Below are positions 1-9,058 of a DNA stretch of 64,000 nt, piece after piece (position 1 is the stretch's first letter; every line of letters begins with the position of its first letter). Location: NCBI GenBank assembly GCA_043798995.1, contig JAZDOD010000004.1:47860-111859 (forward strand), in the 5' to 3' direction. This stretch comes from a bacterium. GTDB taxonomy: Bacteria > Patescibacteriota > Patescibacteriia > JAACEG01 > JAGUWE01. The position numbers and the translations under genes were made by a program. The notes under the pieces were generated by a model. That model was given only the letters and a program-made list of their open reading frames with translations. It was not told the DNA's origin and ran no database searches.

Positions 1-43
1 TAACAATTACAACCGATTAATAAATAATTAATTTTAAAATTTT

Positions 44-295
44 ATGGCAAAAGAATTAGCCACTTTCCCTGAAAAAGAAGAAATTTCAACCGAAGAAAAA
101 GAACAAATTTTGATGACTGCCCAGAGTCTTTATGAAGAATATCTGGAAAAAATTAACCAAGAAAAAATGACTGCTGATGAGGCGATGGACGACGTTGAAC
201 GAAAGTCTGAATCCGGAAAAATCAGCGATGAAATAAAAGAGGAGGTTATAAAAAAACTGATGATTTTAGCTGATCAAGAAAAATTAGCTGCTTAA
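44..295 (+). CDS. hypothetical small acidic protein
   Basis: 83-aa ORF, very E/K-rich, no recognisable motif; fits the gene-dense context. Confidence 0.35.
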   Translation: MAKELATFPEKEEISTEEKEQILMTAQSLYEEYLEKINQEKMTADEAMDDVERKSESGKISDEIKEEVIKKLMILADQEKLAA

Positions 296-376
296 ATTCT
301 GTCTTTGACCTAACCCCTGTCTTAAAAAGCGGGGGTTTATTTTTTAAAAAAATAATGAAAATAATTTACCGACTAT

Positions 377-1624
377 ATGAACTCCAATCTGTATTTAGTT
401 GCTAACTCAATCCGTGAGTTAAAAAGGGCGGCTCATTATGCAGATATTAAAAAGGAGCTGTTGAATCTCTTAGAAAGCCCTAATCGGATTATTGAGGTTA
501 ATTTTCCAGTTGAGATGGATGATGGCGAAACTCGGATTTTTAAGGGCTGGCGCGTCCAGCACAACAATTTACGCGGCCCTTACAAGGGCGGTATTCGTTA
601 TCATCCCAATGTTAATCTGGATGAAATTTCCGCTTTGGCTTTATGGATGACGGTTAAATGCGCGGTAGTTGGTATTCCTTTTGGCGGCAGCAAAGGCGGA
701 GTGATTGTTAATCCCAAAGCTCTGTCCGAAAAAGAATTGGAAAGATTAACGCGCGGCTACACCAAAGCCATTTCCCCGGTTATCGGACCCTATTTAGATA
801 TTCCGGCGCCCGATGTCTATACCAATGCCAAAATTATGGACTGGCTGCGAGATGAATATGCTAAAATAACTGGCACTGATCAGCCGGCCGTGGTCACCGG
901 CAAATCACCGAAGCTAAACGGCTGTGTCTGTCGCGAAGCGGCTACGGCCCAAGGCGGAATCTATATTTTGCGCCAGGTAGCTAAAAAGCTCGGCCTTGAG
1001 CCGGAAAAAACCACTGTCGCAATCCAGGGTTTTGGCAATGCCGGCCTGAATATGGCGCGTTTTGTCGCTGAAGACGGTTTTAAACTGGCAGGGCTTTCCG
1101 ATTCAACCAGCGGTTATCTACTTGATGAAAGCTGCGAACTGGCTGATTTAATTAAATATAAAGAAAAAAATAAAAGTTTAATCGGCTGCCCCGGAGTTAA
1201 AACGATCACCCATCATCAGCTTTTAGAATTACCTGTTGATGTCCTGATCCCGGCGGCTTTAGAAAATCAAATTACCAAAACCAATGCCCCTGATATTAAA
1301 GCTAAAATCGTTCTGGAATTAGCCAATGGCCCGACCTCACCCGAAGCTGATGAAATTCTTTCTAAAAATAACGTTTTGGTCGTGCCTGATATTTTGGCCA
1401 ATGCCGGTGGCGTAACCGTTAGTTATTTTGAATGGCGCCATAATTTAGGACAAGGGGTTTGCGATGTACAACGTGAAATGGGCGAGCTTGATAAAATTAT
1501 GAGCGAGGCTTTTGACCGAGTTTATGAAATCAAAGAAAAACATCAAATTGATATGCGCTTAGCCGCTTATATTCTGGCTCTCCAGCGCCTTAACGAAGCT
1601 TATATAAAAATACCCAGTGTTTAA
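377..1624 (+). CDS. gdhA: glutamate dehydrogenase (Glu/Leu/Phe/Val dehydrogenase family)
   Basis: KGGIRYHP and GGSKGG signature motifs, C-terminal Rossmann GFGNAG; length 415 aa. Confidence 0.9.
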   Translation: MNSNLYLVANSIRELKRAAHYADIKKELLNLLESPNRIIEVNFPVEMDDGETRIFKGWRVQHNNLRGPYKGGIRYHPNVNLDEISALALWMTVKCAVVGIPFGGSKGGVIVNPKALSEKELERLTRGYTKAISPVIGPYLDIPAPDVYTNAKIMDWLRDEYAKITGTDQPAVVTGKSPKLNGCVCREAATAQGGIYILRQVAKKLGLEPEKTTVAIQGFGNAGLNMARFVAEDGFKLAGLSDSTSGYLLDESCELADLIKYKEKNKSLIGCPGVKTITHHQLLELPVDVLIPAALENQITKTNAPDIKAKIVLELANGPTSPEADEILSKNNVLVVPDILANAGGVTVSYFEWRHNLGQGVCDVQREMGELDKIMSEAFDRVYEIKEKHQIDMRLAAYILALQRLNEAYIKIPSV

Positions 1625-1707
1625 TAAACACTGTTTGTTAAAATATTCAAGCCGATGGCATTTTTGTTCGCACCTTAAATTTAATTTTTTTTAAAAAGGA
1701 GGAGGAA

Positions 1708-1899
1708 ATGGCAAAAGAAACTGCCGAAGAATTTATTGCTCGATTAAAAACTTTGCCTGATCTGGATTTAACCGATCCAAAAACAGTTGGGGATTTTGCT
1801 GCAAGATTTGAAGAAACAACTAGACCAGAAATTGAGAAGCAAAGCAAATTGGATGCCGAGAATATTGGCAGAGCTTTCGTTTACGTAGTTTATTGCTAA
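1708..1899 (+). CDS. hypothetical small protein
   Basis: 63-aa ORF preceded by strong SD AAAGGAGGAGGAAATG and followed by an intrinsic terminator. Confidence 0.45.
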   Translation: MAKETAEEFIARLKTLPDLDLTDPKTVGDFAARFEETTRPEIEKQSKLDAENIGRAFVYVVYC

Positions 1900-1908
1900 A
1901 AAAATAAG

Positions 1909-1934
1909 GTCGAGAAAACTTCTCGACTTTTTAT
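1909..1934 (+). terminator. rho-independent terminator
   Basis: GTCGAGAAAACTTCTCGAC hairpin followed by TTTTTATTT. Confidence 0.55.
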
Positions 1935-1985
1935 TTAGAAATCGACTTATGAATAAATATTCCGAAAAGGAAATGAAAAATCCCC

Positions 1986-2011
1986 GATTAAGGGGATTTT
2001 TCAATCGATGT
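1986..2011 (-). terminator. rho-independent terminator (bidirectional) after RRM-protein gene
   Basis: AAAAATCCCCGATTAAGGGGATTTTT: GC stem flanked by A/T runs on both sides. Confidence 0.55.
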
Positions 2012-2016
2012 TTCGC

Positions 2017-2319
2017 TTAGTAGCGACTGCCGCCGCGACTGCCGCCAAATCCGCCTTGTCGGGGGCGAGACTCCAGCGGGCGAGCTTCATTCACGGTAAT
2101 TGTTCTTCCGTCAAGCTCTTTGCCGTTAAGCATCTCAATCGCTTTCTGAGCTTCTTCGTCGGATGTCATTTCAACGAAACCGAATCCCTTTGAACGACCG
2201 GACATTTTGTCAATAATGATAGTTACTGATTCAACTGCTCCGGCCTGAGAAAATGTTTCTTTCAAAGTATTCTCGTTGGTGTTGTATGACAATCCACCTA
2301 CATATAATTTTTTTGCCAT
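2017..2319 (-). CDS. RRM-type RNA-binding protein with Gly/Arg-rich tail
   Basis: RNP-2 LYVGGL and RNP-1 KGFGFVEM motifs; C-terminal RGG/GGS repeats. Confidence 0.9.
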   Translation of the reverse strand: MAKKLYVGGLSYNTNENTLKETFSQAGAVESVTIIIDKMSGRSKGFGFVEMTSDEEAQKAIEMLNGKELDGRTITVNEARPLESRPRQGGFGGSRGGSRY

Positions 2320-2433
2320 AGTATTCTCCTTACATAAAATTAATTAAACGTAAGCCGACCTCTCTTATTTTATCTCTCTGGCTCACATAGGTTATATGCA
2401 AGGAAAGGTAAACAAGAAACTTACTTCTTAATC

Positions 2434-2462
2434 ATATTAGCATGTTATTTATAAAAAGTCAA
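2434..2462 (-). promoter_or_regulatory. sigma70-like promoter for RRM-protein gene (long ~100 nt 5' UTR)
   Basis: On minus strand TTGACT-17nt-TAATAT; leaves a ~105-nt leader before the ATG. Confidence 0.35.
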
Positions 2463-2521
2463 TATTTTGTCTGTTTTTGCGCGAATTGTAAAATTTACCA
2501 CGCCGCAAAATTTTCCGCCAA

Positions 2522-2827
2522 CTACAGGGTTTGAGTTTTAAATAATTTTCGCAGCTCTGTTTTTGCCTGCTCCAAAATTCGCTTTCGCGCCGGTTTTAAA
2601 TTTTTGCCGGCACGATTGATATAAAAATTAAGCATTGACATGGCTGATTGAAAAGGTGCTGCTTTGCGCTGCCGGCTTGCTTCGGCTGATCTCTTAAGTG
2701 ACGCCGCGATTTTTTTGGGCTCATTCCAGGTAAAAACGCTTTCTTCCAAATCCAAGGCAAAACTATGTTTGGTTACGCAACCGGACCAATTTCTGATTTT
2801 AGGTTTTTCTTTTTTTACTTTTTTCAT
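2522..2827 (-). CDS. DUF3175-family protein
   Basis: Conserved block SAMSMLNFYINRAGKNL...ILEQAKTELRKLF recalled as typical of DUF3175 proteins. Confidence 0.5.
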   Translation of the reverse strand: MKKVKKEKPKIRNWSGCVTKHSFALDLEESVFTWNEPKKIAASLKRSAEASRQRKAAPFQSAMSMLNFYINRAGKNLKPARKRILEQAKTELRKLFKTQTL

Positions 2828-2830
2828 TTA

Positions 2831-4531
2831 TTACTTCATAAATAAACTGGTTAAAGTTTGAAAATCAAGCCATTGGCCTAATTCTTCTTTTTGTTTAACA
2901 TAGCCGCGCAAGTCAATCTCCTGTCCCTTGTGTATGCCAAGATGAAGATGTTTTCTCTCGCCATCAGTTTCTGGGCTTTCTCCCCGGCCTAAAAATGAAA
3001 TTATTTCTTTTTGTTTAACACTATTACCGAGACCGACTTTTGAATTTTCCAGCGAAATATGGCCGTAAATTACCGTCACCGGCTGGTTTTCTATCTGGCA
3101 CTGCTCAACCATCACGCCGCCATAGCCGGAAACAAAACCTTTTTTAATAATTTTTCCGTCGCAAATTGCCAAAACCGCGACTTCCTTATCTTTTTCATCT
3201 TCAAAAATCTCAAAATCAGTGCCGGTATGGTAGCCGGAAAATCTTTCCAGTTTGATTGGCGAATCATTGGGAGAAACTTTAATGCCAAAAGGTTTTTTAG
3301 TGATTCTTTTAAGTGCCTGGCTAAGTGGAAAATTAAGCGTTAGCTCGGGCGGCGCTTCTTTAGTTTTTTCTTTTATACTTTCTTTTTGGCTAAGCTGGGA
3401 AATAGCAGGAATGCTTGTTAAAGTAATCACCACAATTTCAGGTGTCGCGTCGGTGCGCATTGTCGGCCCCCAAGCGCCAACGCCGCTGGAAGTATAAATA
3501 GAATAATCGCCCAATTGGTTCAAACCGTAATCATAGCCGTGATAAACCAGATTGGTAATATAGCGGAAGGGAAAAATCTGGCCGCGATGAGTATGTCCGG
3601 AAAGTTGCAATTTAATGCCGGAGCGCCTAACTTCATCAACCTTGCTCGGCGAATGGTAAAGAAGAATTGATGGACCGCTGGCATTATAGCCGGGAATCTT
3701 TTTAATTATTTCTCCAACTTGCTTTTTAGTGAAGTCTTTAGGATAATTTAGGCCGATAATCTGCAGGCCTTCAACATCTACCATATCATCCTGAAAAATT
3801 TTTACCTTGGTTTTATTTAAAATATCATAAACCTTATCCACGCCAAAATAGGTCTCATGATTGCCGGTAACGAAATAAATGCCTTTGGGCGCCTCAATTG
3901 AATTAAGCGCCGGCACCACATAGTCAAAATCATCGCCCATGCCGTCAAACAAATCACCGGTAATAAACACGGCTGCCGGCTGCAAGTCGTTAATTTCCCG
4001 AGCCAATTTATCAAAAAAATCTTGCCGAAAAACATGCCCCAGATGAACGTCGGAGATTTGCACCACTTTCTGGCCCTGCCACTCGGGCGGTAAATTTTTA
4101 ATGCTGACTGTAATATTTTTCACTCGGATATTTTGCGCGTTAAATACTCCGTAAGCTGAATATAAAACAGCCAAAATTAAAGCCAATCCGCCAAGCCACC
4201 CAAGGCCTATCGGCCAAGCAATGAGCCGGCTAAAGCCATAGACAAGCCAGGCCACCGCAAAGAAAGTTACGATTGTGGTGACCAATCCCAGCCAAAGCCC
4301 GGAGGTAAAATATAAAAAACGCGAAAAAGCATTATCATAATAATGAGCCAGTATTGAAGTTAAAATAAAGCTCACTGGCAGGAAAAAAAGTAAAAGGGCC
4401 AAAGATAATTTTAGTTTGATTATTTCCAGGCGAAAAAATTTAACCAAAGAAAAATAAACAAAATAGTGCACCAAAAACAAAATTCCCAGCGCCAAAATTA
4501 TAAACAAACCGATTAATAAATTTTTAACCAT
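2831..4531 (-). CDS. membrane-anchored metallophosphoesterase fused to M23 (LytM-type) peptidase
   Basis: N-terminal 4-5 TM helices; calcineurin-like motifs DVHLG, GDLFDG, GNHE, GHTH; C-terminal HTGTD...HLHLGIH M23 signature. Confidence 0.7.
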   Translation of the reverse strand: MVKNLLIGLFIILALGILFLVHYFVYFSLVKFFRLEIIKLKLSLALLLFFLPVSFILTSILAHYYDNAFSRFLYFTSGLWLGLVTTIVTFFAVAWLVYGFSRLIAWPIGLGWLGGLALILAVLYSAYGVFNAQNIRVKNITVSIKNLPPEWQGQKVVQISDVHLGHVFRQDFFDKLAREINDLQPAAVFITGDLFDGMGDDFDYVVPALNSIEAPKGIYFVTGNHETYFGVDKVYDILNKTKVKIFQDDMVDVEGLQIIGLNYPKDFTKKQVGEIIKKIPGYNASGPSILLYHSPSKVDEVRRSGIKLQLSGHTHRGQIFPFRYITNLVYHGYDYGLNQLGDYSIYTSSGVGAWGPTMRTDATPEIVVITLTSIPAISQLSQKESIKEKTKEAPPELTLNFPLSQALKRITKKPFGIKVSPNDSPIKLERFSGYHTGTDFEIFEDEKDKEVAVLAICDGKIIKKGFVSGYGGVMVEQCQIENQPVTVIYGHISLENSKVGLGNSVKQKEIISFLGRGESPETDGERKHLHLGIHKGQEIDLRGYVKQKEELGQWLDFQTLTSLFMK

Positions 4532-4570
4532 AGATACTTTTTGAAATCAATATTCTTTCTTATTTCTCTT

Positions 4571-5221
4571 TTATATCTTTTTATGAAATATGTAAGAAGC
4601 CAGGGTAATCAAAGCTGCTACCAGAGAAAGAATAACTGCAAAAACCAAAAATTTTCCTTGTACCAAAATCTGGCTTAAATAAAGAGAAATGAAAGCAAAA
4701 GGAACCTCCGTTAAAAAAGTGGCAATCATATACTTTTTAAAATCATAACGAATTATTCCCAAGGTGTAGCCCGCAATTTCCGAAGGAATGGCGAAACGAA
4801 AAAGAAGAACCAGTTCGAATTGCGTTCGGGGTGAAATTTTGTTTTTATAATAATCGACTTTTTCAAAATTCAAAAAACGCCTGAATATTTTTTCGCCAGC
4901 GTATCCTCCCAAACCGTAGGCCAGCAAACCTCCCAAAACCCAACCGACTATCAAAAAGATAAAGGTGGGAAAATTTCCCCAAGCCGCCACAGCCGAAGGC
5001 ACAAGCGGCAAATTACTAAAAGGTGAAATAAGCACCGCGACTATTGCCGTAGCAATAAAAATCAGGGCACCTATTATCTTGTGAGCGACAAGAAAATCAC
5101 TAAGTAAGCTGACATATTTTAAAAATACGTTTTGAAGAGTTGAAAATATATATAAAAATAGCACCAACACTAAAGCCAGTATTAGAAACTTCAAACTGGT
5201 TTTATATATTGAAGGCTTCAT
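4571..5221 (-). CDS. DedA/TVP38-like integral membrane protein
   Basis: 216 aa, 5-6 predicted TM helices, weak DedA-type features. Confidence 0.35.
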   Translation of the reverse strand: MKPSIYKTSLKFLILALVLVLFLYIFSTLQNVFLKYVSLLSDFLVAHKIIGALIFIATAIVAVLISPFSNLPLVPSAVAAWGNFPTFIFLIVGWVLGGLLAYGLGGYAGEKIFRRFLNFEKVDYYKNKISPRTQFELVLLFRFAIPSEIAGYTLGIIRYDFKKYMIATFLTEVPFAFISLYLSQILVQGKFLVFAVILSLVAALITLASYIFHKKI

Positions 5222-5226
5222 AAATA

Positions 5227-5640
5227 TTATTTTTTATTTTTATCCGCCTTTGATTTATTTCTTCTTTTGACTTCGGCCTGGCGAACGCGCGCTTCGCTCA
5301 TGCCAAAGTGATGGGCAATTTCATGCCAGACAGTATTTTTTACTATTTCTTTAATGTCTTCCCCGTCGCGAGCCGCTTCTTCAATCGGTTTTTTAAAAAT
5401 AGTTATTTTGTCAGGCAGGACCGCCGTATAGTTAACACCCCGGGAGGCCTGCGGCACGCCTTCATACAGGCCGAAAAGGGTCCAATTTGAACGAATATTT
5501 AGTTTCTTTTTTTGCGCCGGCGTCGGTTCATCTTCAATAACGATGGCCACATTATTTAATTTTCGCAAAAATCTTTCCGGAATCGCTTTTATTCCCTTTG
5601 TCACAATTTTCTCAAATTCTGTCTGATTTAATTTTCGCAT
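5227..5640 (-). CDS. zincin-like metallopeptidase (DUF1025-type)
   Basis: HEIAHHFG zinc-binding motif in a ~135-aa protein, basic C-terminal tail. Confidence 0.6.
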   Translation of the reverse strand: MRKLNQTEFEKIVTKGIKAIPERFLRKLNNVAIVIEDEPTPAQKKKLNIRSNWTLFGLYEGVPQASRGVNYTAVLPDKITIFKKPIEEAARDGEDIKEIVKNTVWHEIAHHFGMSEARVRQAEVKRRNKSKADKNKK

Positions 5641-5744
5641 AAATTATTTTAACTAATATTCCTTTTTTCCCCCCGCCAGTTAATTTTTTAGATTATATTA
5701 TTAATTCAATTATACATTCCCCGAAAAATAAAAACCAGCTCTCA

Positions 5745-5945
5745 ATATTCCGCACGGACATAATAAAGGGTATAAACCCCAGGGCAAGCCCTGGGCCCGC
5801 GACTCGCTCCGCTCGTCGCCTTCCGCAGCAAGCTACGGGGGTATTAAACCCTTTGATATCAGCGCTCGCCTCGCCTTGCCGTAGCCTTCGGCGAAGCACA
5901 GGTCGGAAATGATCCCGCCTTGGCGGGATCATTTCTCTCGCTTGC
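5745..5945. ncRNA. GC-rich structured island, candidate non-coding RNA or repeat element
   Basis: ~200 nt of high GC in an AT-rich genome with several perfect hairpins (CCCAGGGCAAGCCCTGGG; AAATGATCCCGCCTTGGCGGGATCATTT); strand and identity undetermined. Confidence 0.25.
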
Positions 5946-5966
5946 TTGATAATAAAAAGCCGATTC

Positions 5967-6263
5967 TCATTGAGAACCGGCAAAGTTGAGTTCAAGTTGT
6001 TTTGTTTTACCCTTTTTTGATTTTTTGGGCCGGGGCTTATGGCTTTTTACTATTTTAGGATTTCCGATTGGGTTTACGGTTAATCCCTGGCCGTATTTTT
6101 TTGCCGCTATTTTTTTCGCAAAAGCCAGGGCCATGTTTGCCGCAGCTTGAGAAGAAAATGTTTCAAAAATCTTGTTGACATACAGCTGATCTGTTATCAA
6201 TACCTGATGTTTATCATAAACTTTAAACCTTTGGGTAACCTTGCGGTAATATTCTTCTTGCAC
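5967..6263 (-). CDS. hypothetical protein with lysine-rich C-terminal tail
   Basis: 98-aa ORF, C-terminal KPRPKKSKKGKTK tail suggests nucleic-acid binding; no secure family. Confidence 0.4.
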   Translation of the reverse strand: MQEEYYRKVTQRFKVYDKHQVLITDQLYVNKIFETFSSQAAANMALAFAKKIAAKKYGQGLTVNPIGNPKIVKSHKPRPKKSKKGKTKQLELNFAGSQ

Positions 6264-6363
6264 TATTCTCCCTCCTTTTTAAGGATTTTTATTTTTCAGC
6301 TTAGCTTATCTTAATTTTGGCGATTTGTCAATCATCTGCCAATTATGTTACGATAATATTGCT

Positions 6364-7401
6364 ATGCTCAAAGAATCTTATCTTTATCAAAAATTAGATA
6401 AAAAACAAGTTAAGTGCCGGACTTGCGCGCATCAATGCCTGATCACGCCGGGCCGGCGCGGAGTTTGCGGCGTGCGCTATAACGAGGCCGGTAAATTATA
6501 TCTTCTGACTTATGGCCAGGCCGTGGCCGAAAATTTTGATCCGATTGAAAAAAAGCCGTTTTTTCATTTTTTGCCCGGCAGTTTTTCCTTATCTATCGGC
6601 GCTTTGGGCTGTAATTTCCGCTGCGCTAACTGCCAGAATTGGGACATTTCCCAGGGCAGCAAGGGCGAGGTGACAATTGAGCAAATTAAAAAAGTTGGTT
6701 TTAAACTCCTGCCGGAAAAAATTGTTGAAGACGCTTTAAAATATAAAACGCCGAGTATTTCTTATACTTATACCGAGCCGACTATTTTTCTGGAGTATGC
6801 CTTGGACACTATGAAACTGGCCAAAAAAAAGGGGCTGAAAAATACTTGGGTTTCTAATGGCTATATGAGTCCGGAAACACTTGGGGAAATCGCGCCTTAT
6901 CTATCTGCCATTAATGTTGATTTAAAAGGCTTTACCGACGAGTTTTATCAAAAAAATTGCGGCGCGCGTCTCCAACCGGTTTTAGAGAATTTGAAACAAA
7001 TTAAAAAACTGGGTATCTGGCTGGAAGTGACGACTTTGATTATTCCAACTCTTTCTGATTCGGAAAAAATGTTTTCCCAAATTGCCCGGTTTATTAAAAA
7101 AGAACTGGACGCGGAAACTCCCTGGCATGTTTCGGCTTTTTCCGGCGCGATTTCCTGGAAACTTCAGCATTTGCCCGATACGCCGAGAGAAAAAATAAAA
7201 ACCGCTTATGAAATCGGCAAAAAAGCGGGTCTTAAATATGTTTATGCCGGCAATGTCTGGCAGGAAGATCTGGAAAGCACTTATTGCCCCAAGTGCGGAA
7301 AAATCGTAATCGAACGAATCGGCTACCAAATCAAACGGCTGGATAAAGAGGGAAAATGCCTAAAATGCGGAGAGAAAATTGACTTAATACTTAATTCCTA
7401 A
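6364..7401 (+). CDS. amrS: AmmeMemoRadiSam-system radical SAM enzyme (AmrS / PflA-like)
   Basis: N-terminal KCRTCAHQCLI...GVCGVR motif, radical SAM CNFRCANCQNW, SYTYTEP, WVSNGY, C-terminal CPKCG...CLKCG; start moved to ATG giving MLKESYLYQKL. Confidence 0.75.
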   Translation: MLKESYLYQKLDKKQVKCRTCAHQCLITPGRRGVCGVRYNEAGKLYLLTYGQAVAENFDPIEKKPFFHFLPGSFSLSIGALGCNFRCANCQNWDISQGSKGEVTIEQIKKVGFKLLPEKIVEDALKYKTPSISYTYTEPTIFLEYALDTMKLAKKKGLKNTWVSNGYMSPETLGEIAPYLSAINVDLKGFTDEFYQKNCGARLQPVLENLKQIKKLGIWLEVTTLIIPTLSDSEKMFSQIARFIKKELDAETPWHVSAFSGAISWKLQHLPDTPREKIKTAYEIGKKAGLKYVYAGNVWQEDLESTYCPKCGKIVIERIGYQIKRLDKEGKCLKCGEKIDLILNS

Positions 7402-7652
7402 TTTCCCACAATCTCCACCAACTGCCATTTGTTATCATTTCTCGGTAAAACTCGAAAATTCGTTTTTTCGAGTTTTTTATTTTTATCAATTAGTTTTAAA
7501 TTATAAATTAAATTTTTTGGTGTGACTCGTTCTTGATGTTCAAGAATTTTGCCCAGCTCAATCACCACGGCTATAATTTCTTTGAATTTATTTTTTTTCG
7601 CTTCCTTTTTAATGATGGTATAAATTTCCTGGGCCAGCAATAAATCGTGCAT
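7398..7652 (-). CDS. hypA: HypA-like hydrogenase nickel-insertion protein lacking the zinc finger
   Basis: N-terminus MHDLLLAQEIYTII...IAVVIELGKI aligns to the HypA MHE metal-binding N-domain; no Cys residues at all, ends ...KWQLVEIVGN; starts 4 nt after the hydA stop. Confidence 0.55.
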   Translation of the reverse strand: MHDLLLAQEIYTIIKKEAKKNKFKEIIAVVIELGKILEHQERVTPKNLIYNLKLIDKNKKLEKTNFRVLPRNDNKWQLVEIVGN

Positions 7653-7656
7653 AAAT

Positions 7657-8931
7657 TTAATGCGTTGCGCAAGTAAGGCACGGATCATAAGCTCGAACTA
7701 ACATTTTAATTTTCCTTTCACGTTCTTTAACGGATAACTTAATTAAATCCGGCAGCCAAATTTTTAAATCGTTTTCCAAATTAGCCAAGTTCTGGGCTGT
7801 CGGGGTAATAATGTTACAATTTTTAATAACGCCCTTTCGATCAACCTCGTAAAAATAAAATAAGGTGCCGCGCGGCGCTTCAATAGCACTATAGCCAGAG
7901 CCGGCTTTGATTTTAAAGGACGGTTTTATGTGTTTAGTTAAATTTTTATTGGCTAAAAGTTTTTTAAGCAGAACTCTCGCCTCCTCAACTGACTGAACGA
8001 TTTCAATTGATTGGGCTAAAACATTATAAAAGGGATTATTTTGAGGGAATTTGATTTTTGTCTTTTTTAAAATTTCTTTGGCTTTGGGATTCAATTTACC
8101 TCGGTTGTTATTAAGCCGAGCTAAAGCACCGACTAGATAGGGGAAATTCTGAAAATAACTGCGCTTGGTCTGCTGGTTATAATCAACCTGAAATTCCTGA
8201 ATCTGTTTCATAAACTGGGCAGGGCTTATGAGTTGATTTTTTTTCTGACCAAGCCATTTCATCCGTCCGTCATAGCAAGCATAATCTTGAGTTGAAGTTA
8301 AACTGGCAAAATTGGTCGGTTTTTTAAGCGTCGGGTATTTTATTTTGGCAAAAATCAAAGCCAATTCTTTAGCCGCCGCCAAAACTTGGCTGCTTTTTTG
8401 GCAAAGCCCGTCAAGAGCTTCTTTTTTGGGGTAACGCAGAAATCCACCGACGGTCGGCGTCAAAGGATGAATGGAGCGGCCGCCGATAACTTCAATAATT
8501 TCATTGCCAAAATCGCGGATTAGCAAAGCTTTTTGGGCAAGCTTTGGATATTTTTTGATTAACTGCAAATCATCGGATTGGCCAAAAAAATCACCCAGAC
8601 AAAAGAAAAACAAATGCAAAGAGTGGCTGTTGAGCCATTGACCGGCCATCAAAAGTTTTCTTAAATCCTCATCGGTCTGGGAAATTTTTAGCCCCAAAGC
8701 CGCTTCCAGCGCTTTTAAGCTGGTCAAAGTGTGGACTACCGGACAAACGCCGCAAATACGAGCTGAAATCTGGGAGACCTCCAGAAAATTGCGGCCGCGC
8801 AAAATTCCCTCCAAAAGCCGGGCGCCTTCGCGGACAATCAGTTGTGCTTTTCTAACATCGCCCTTGAGAATTTCGCCCAGGAAACTGGCATGGCCCTCAA
8901 TTTTGGCAATATGTGCGATTTTTATTTTCAT
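7657..8931 (-). CDS. hydA: [NiFe] hydrogenase large (alpha) subunit, group 3b-like
   Basis: L1 motif RICGVCPVVH near N-terminus and L2 motif DPCLTCATH as the very last residues. Confidence 0.9.
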   Translation of the reverse strand: MKIKIAHIAKIEGHASFLGEILKGDVRKAQLIVREGARLLEGILRGRNFLEVSQISARICGVCPVVHTLTSLKALEAALGLKISQTDEDLRKLLMAGQWLNSHSLHLFFFCLGDFFGQSDDLQLIKKYPKLAQKALLIRDFGNEIIEVIGGRSIHPLTPTVGGFLRYPKKEALDGLCQKSSQVLAAAKELALIFAKIKYPTLKKPTNFASLTSTQDYACYDGRMKWLGQKKNQLISPAQFMKQIQEFQVDYNQQTKRSYFQNFPYLVGALARLNNNRGKLNPKAKEILKKTKIKFPQNNPFYNVLAQSIEIVQSVEEARVLLKKLLANKNLTKHIKPSFKIKAGSGYSAIEAPRGTLFYFYEVDRKGVIKNCNIITPTAQNLANLENDLKIWLPDLIKLSVKERERKIKMLVRAYDPCLTCATH

Positions 8932-8944
8932 ATTATTTAGATTA

Positions 8945-9050
8945 TGTCATTGCGAGTCCCACCTTGATGGGACCGTGGCAATCTTATTATAACGCAAAAT
9001 GTAGAGATCCTCACGTCGTCCCGCTAATGCGGAACTCCTCAGGATGACAA
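8945..9050. repeat. degenerate copy of the GTCATTCC double-hairpin repeat (type A)
   Basis: GTCATTGCGAG-TCCCACCTTGATGGGA-...GCAATC then GTCGTCCCGCTAATGCGGAAC...GGATGACAA; lies between hydA and hydD. Confidence 0.4.
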
Positions 9051-9058
9051 CTTTGTTG

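Noticed and set aside
3059-3497. Plus-strand ORFs 3059-3343 and 3252-3497 inside the phosphoesterase/M23 gene
   Set aside because: Antisense to a well-supported CDS, with low-complexity products. These are typical shadow ORFs. The same reasoning applies to the other short antisense ORFs in the track, e.g. 13488-13745, 14764-15129, 25460-25720, 31524-31797 and 61259-61763.
5693-5995. 100-aa minus-strand ORF across the GC-rich island
   Set aside because: Arg/Pro/Gly-rich product typical of translating GC-rich non-coding DNA. It overlaps perfect hairpins and has no RBS. Treated as spurious.
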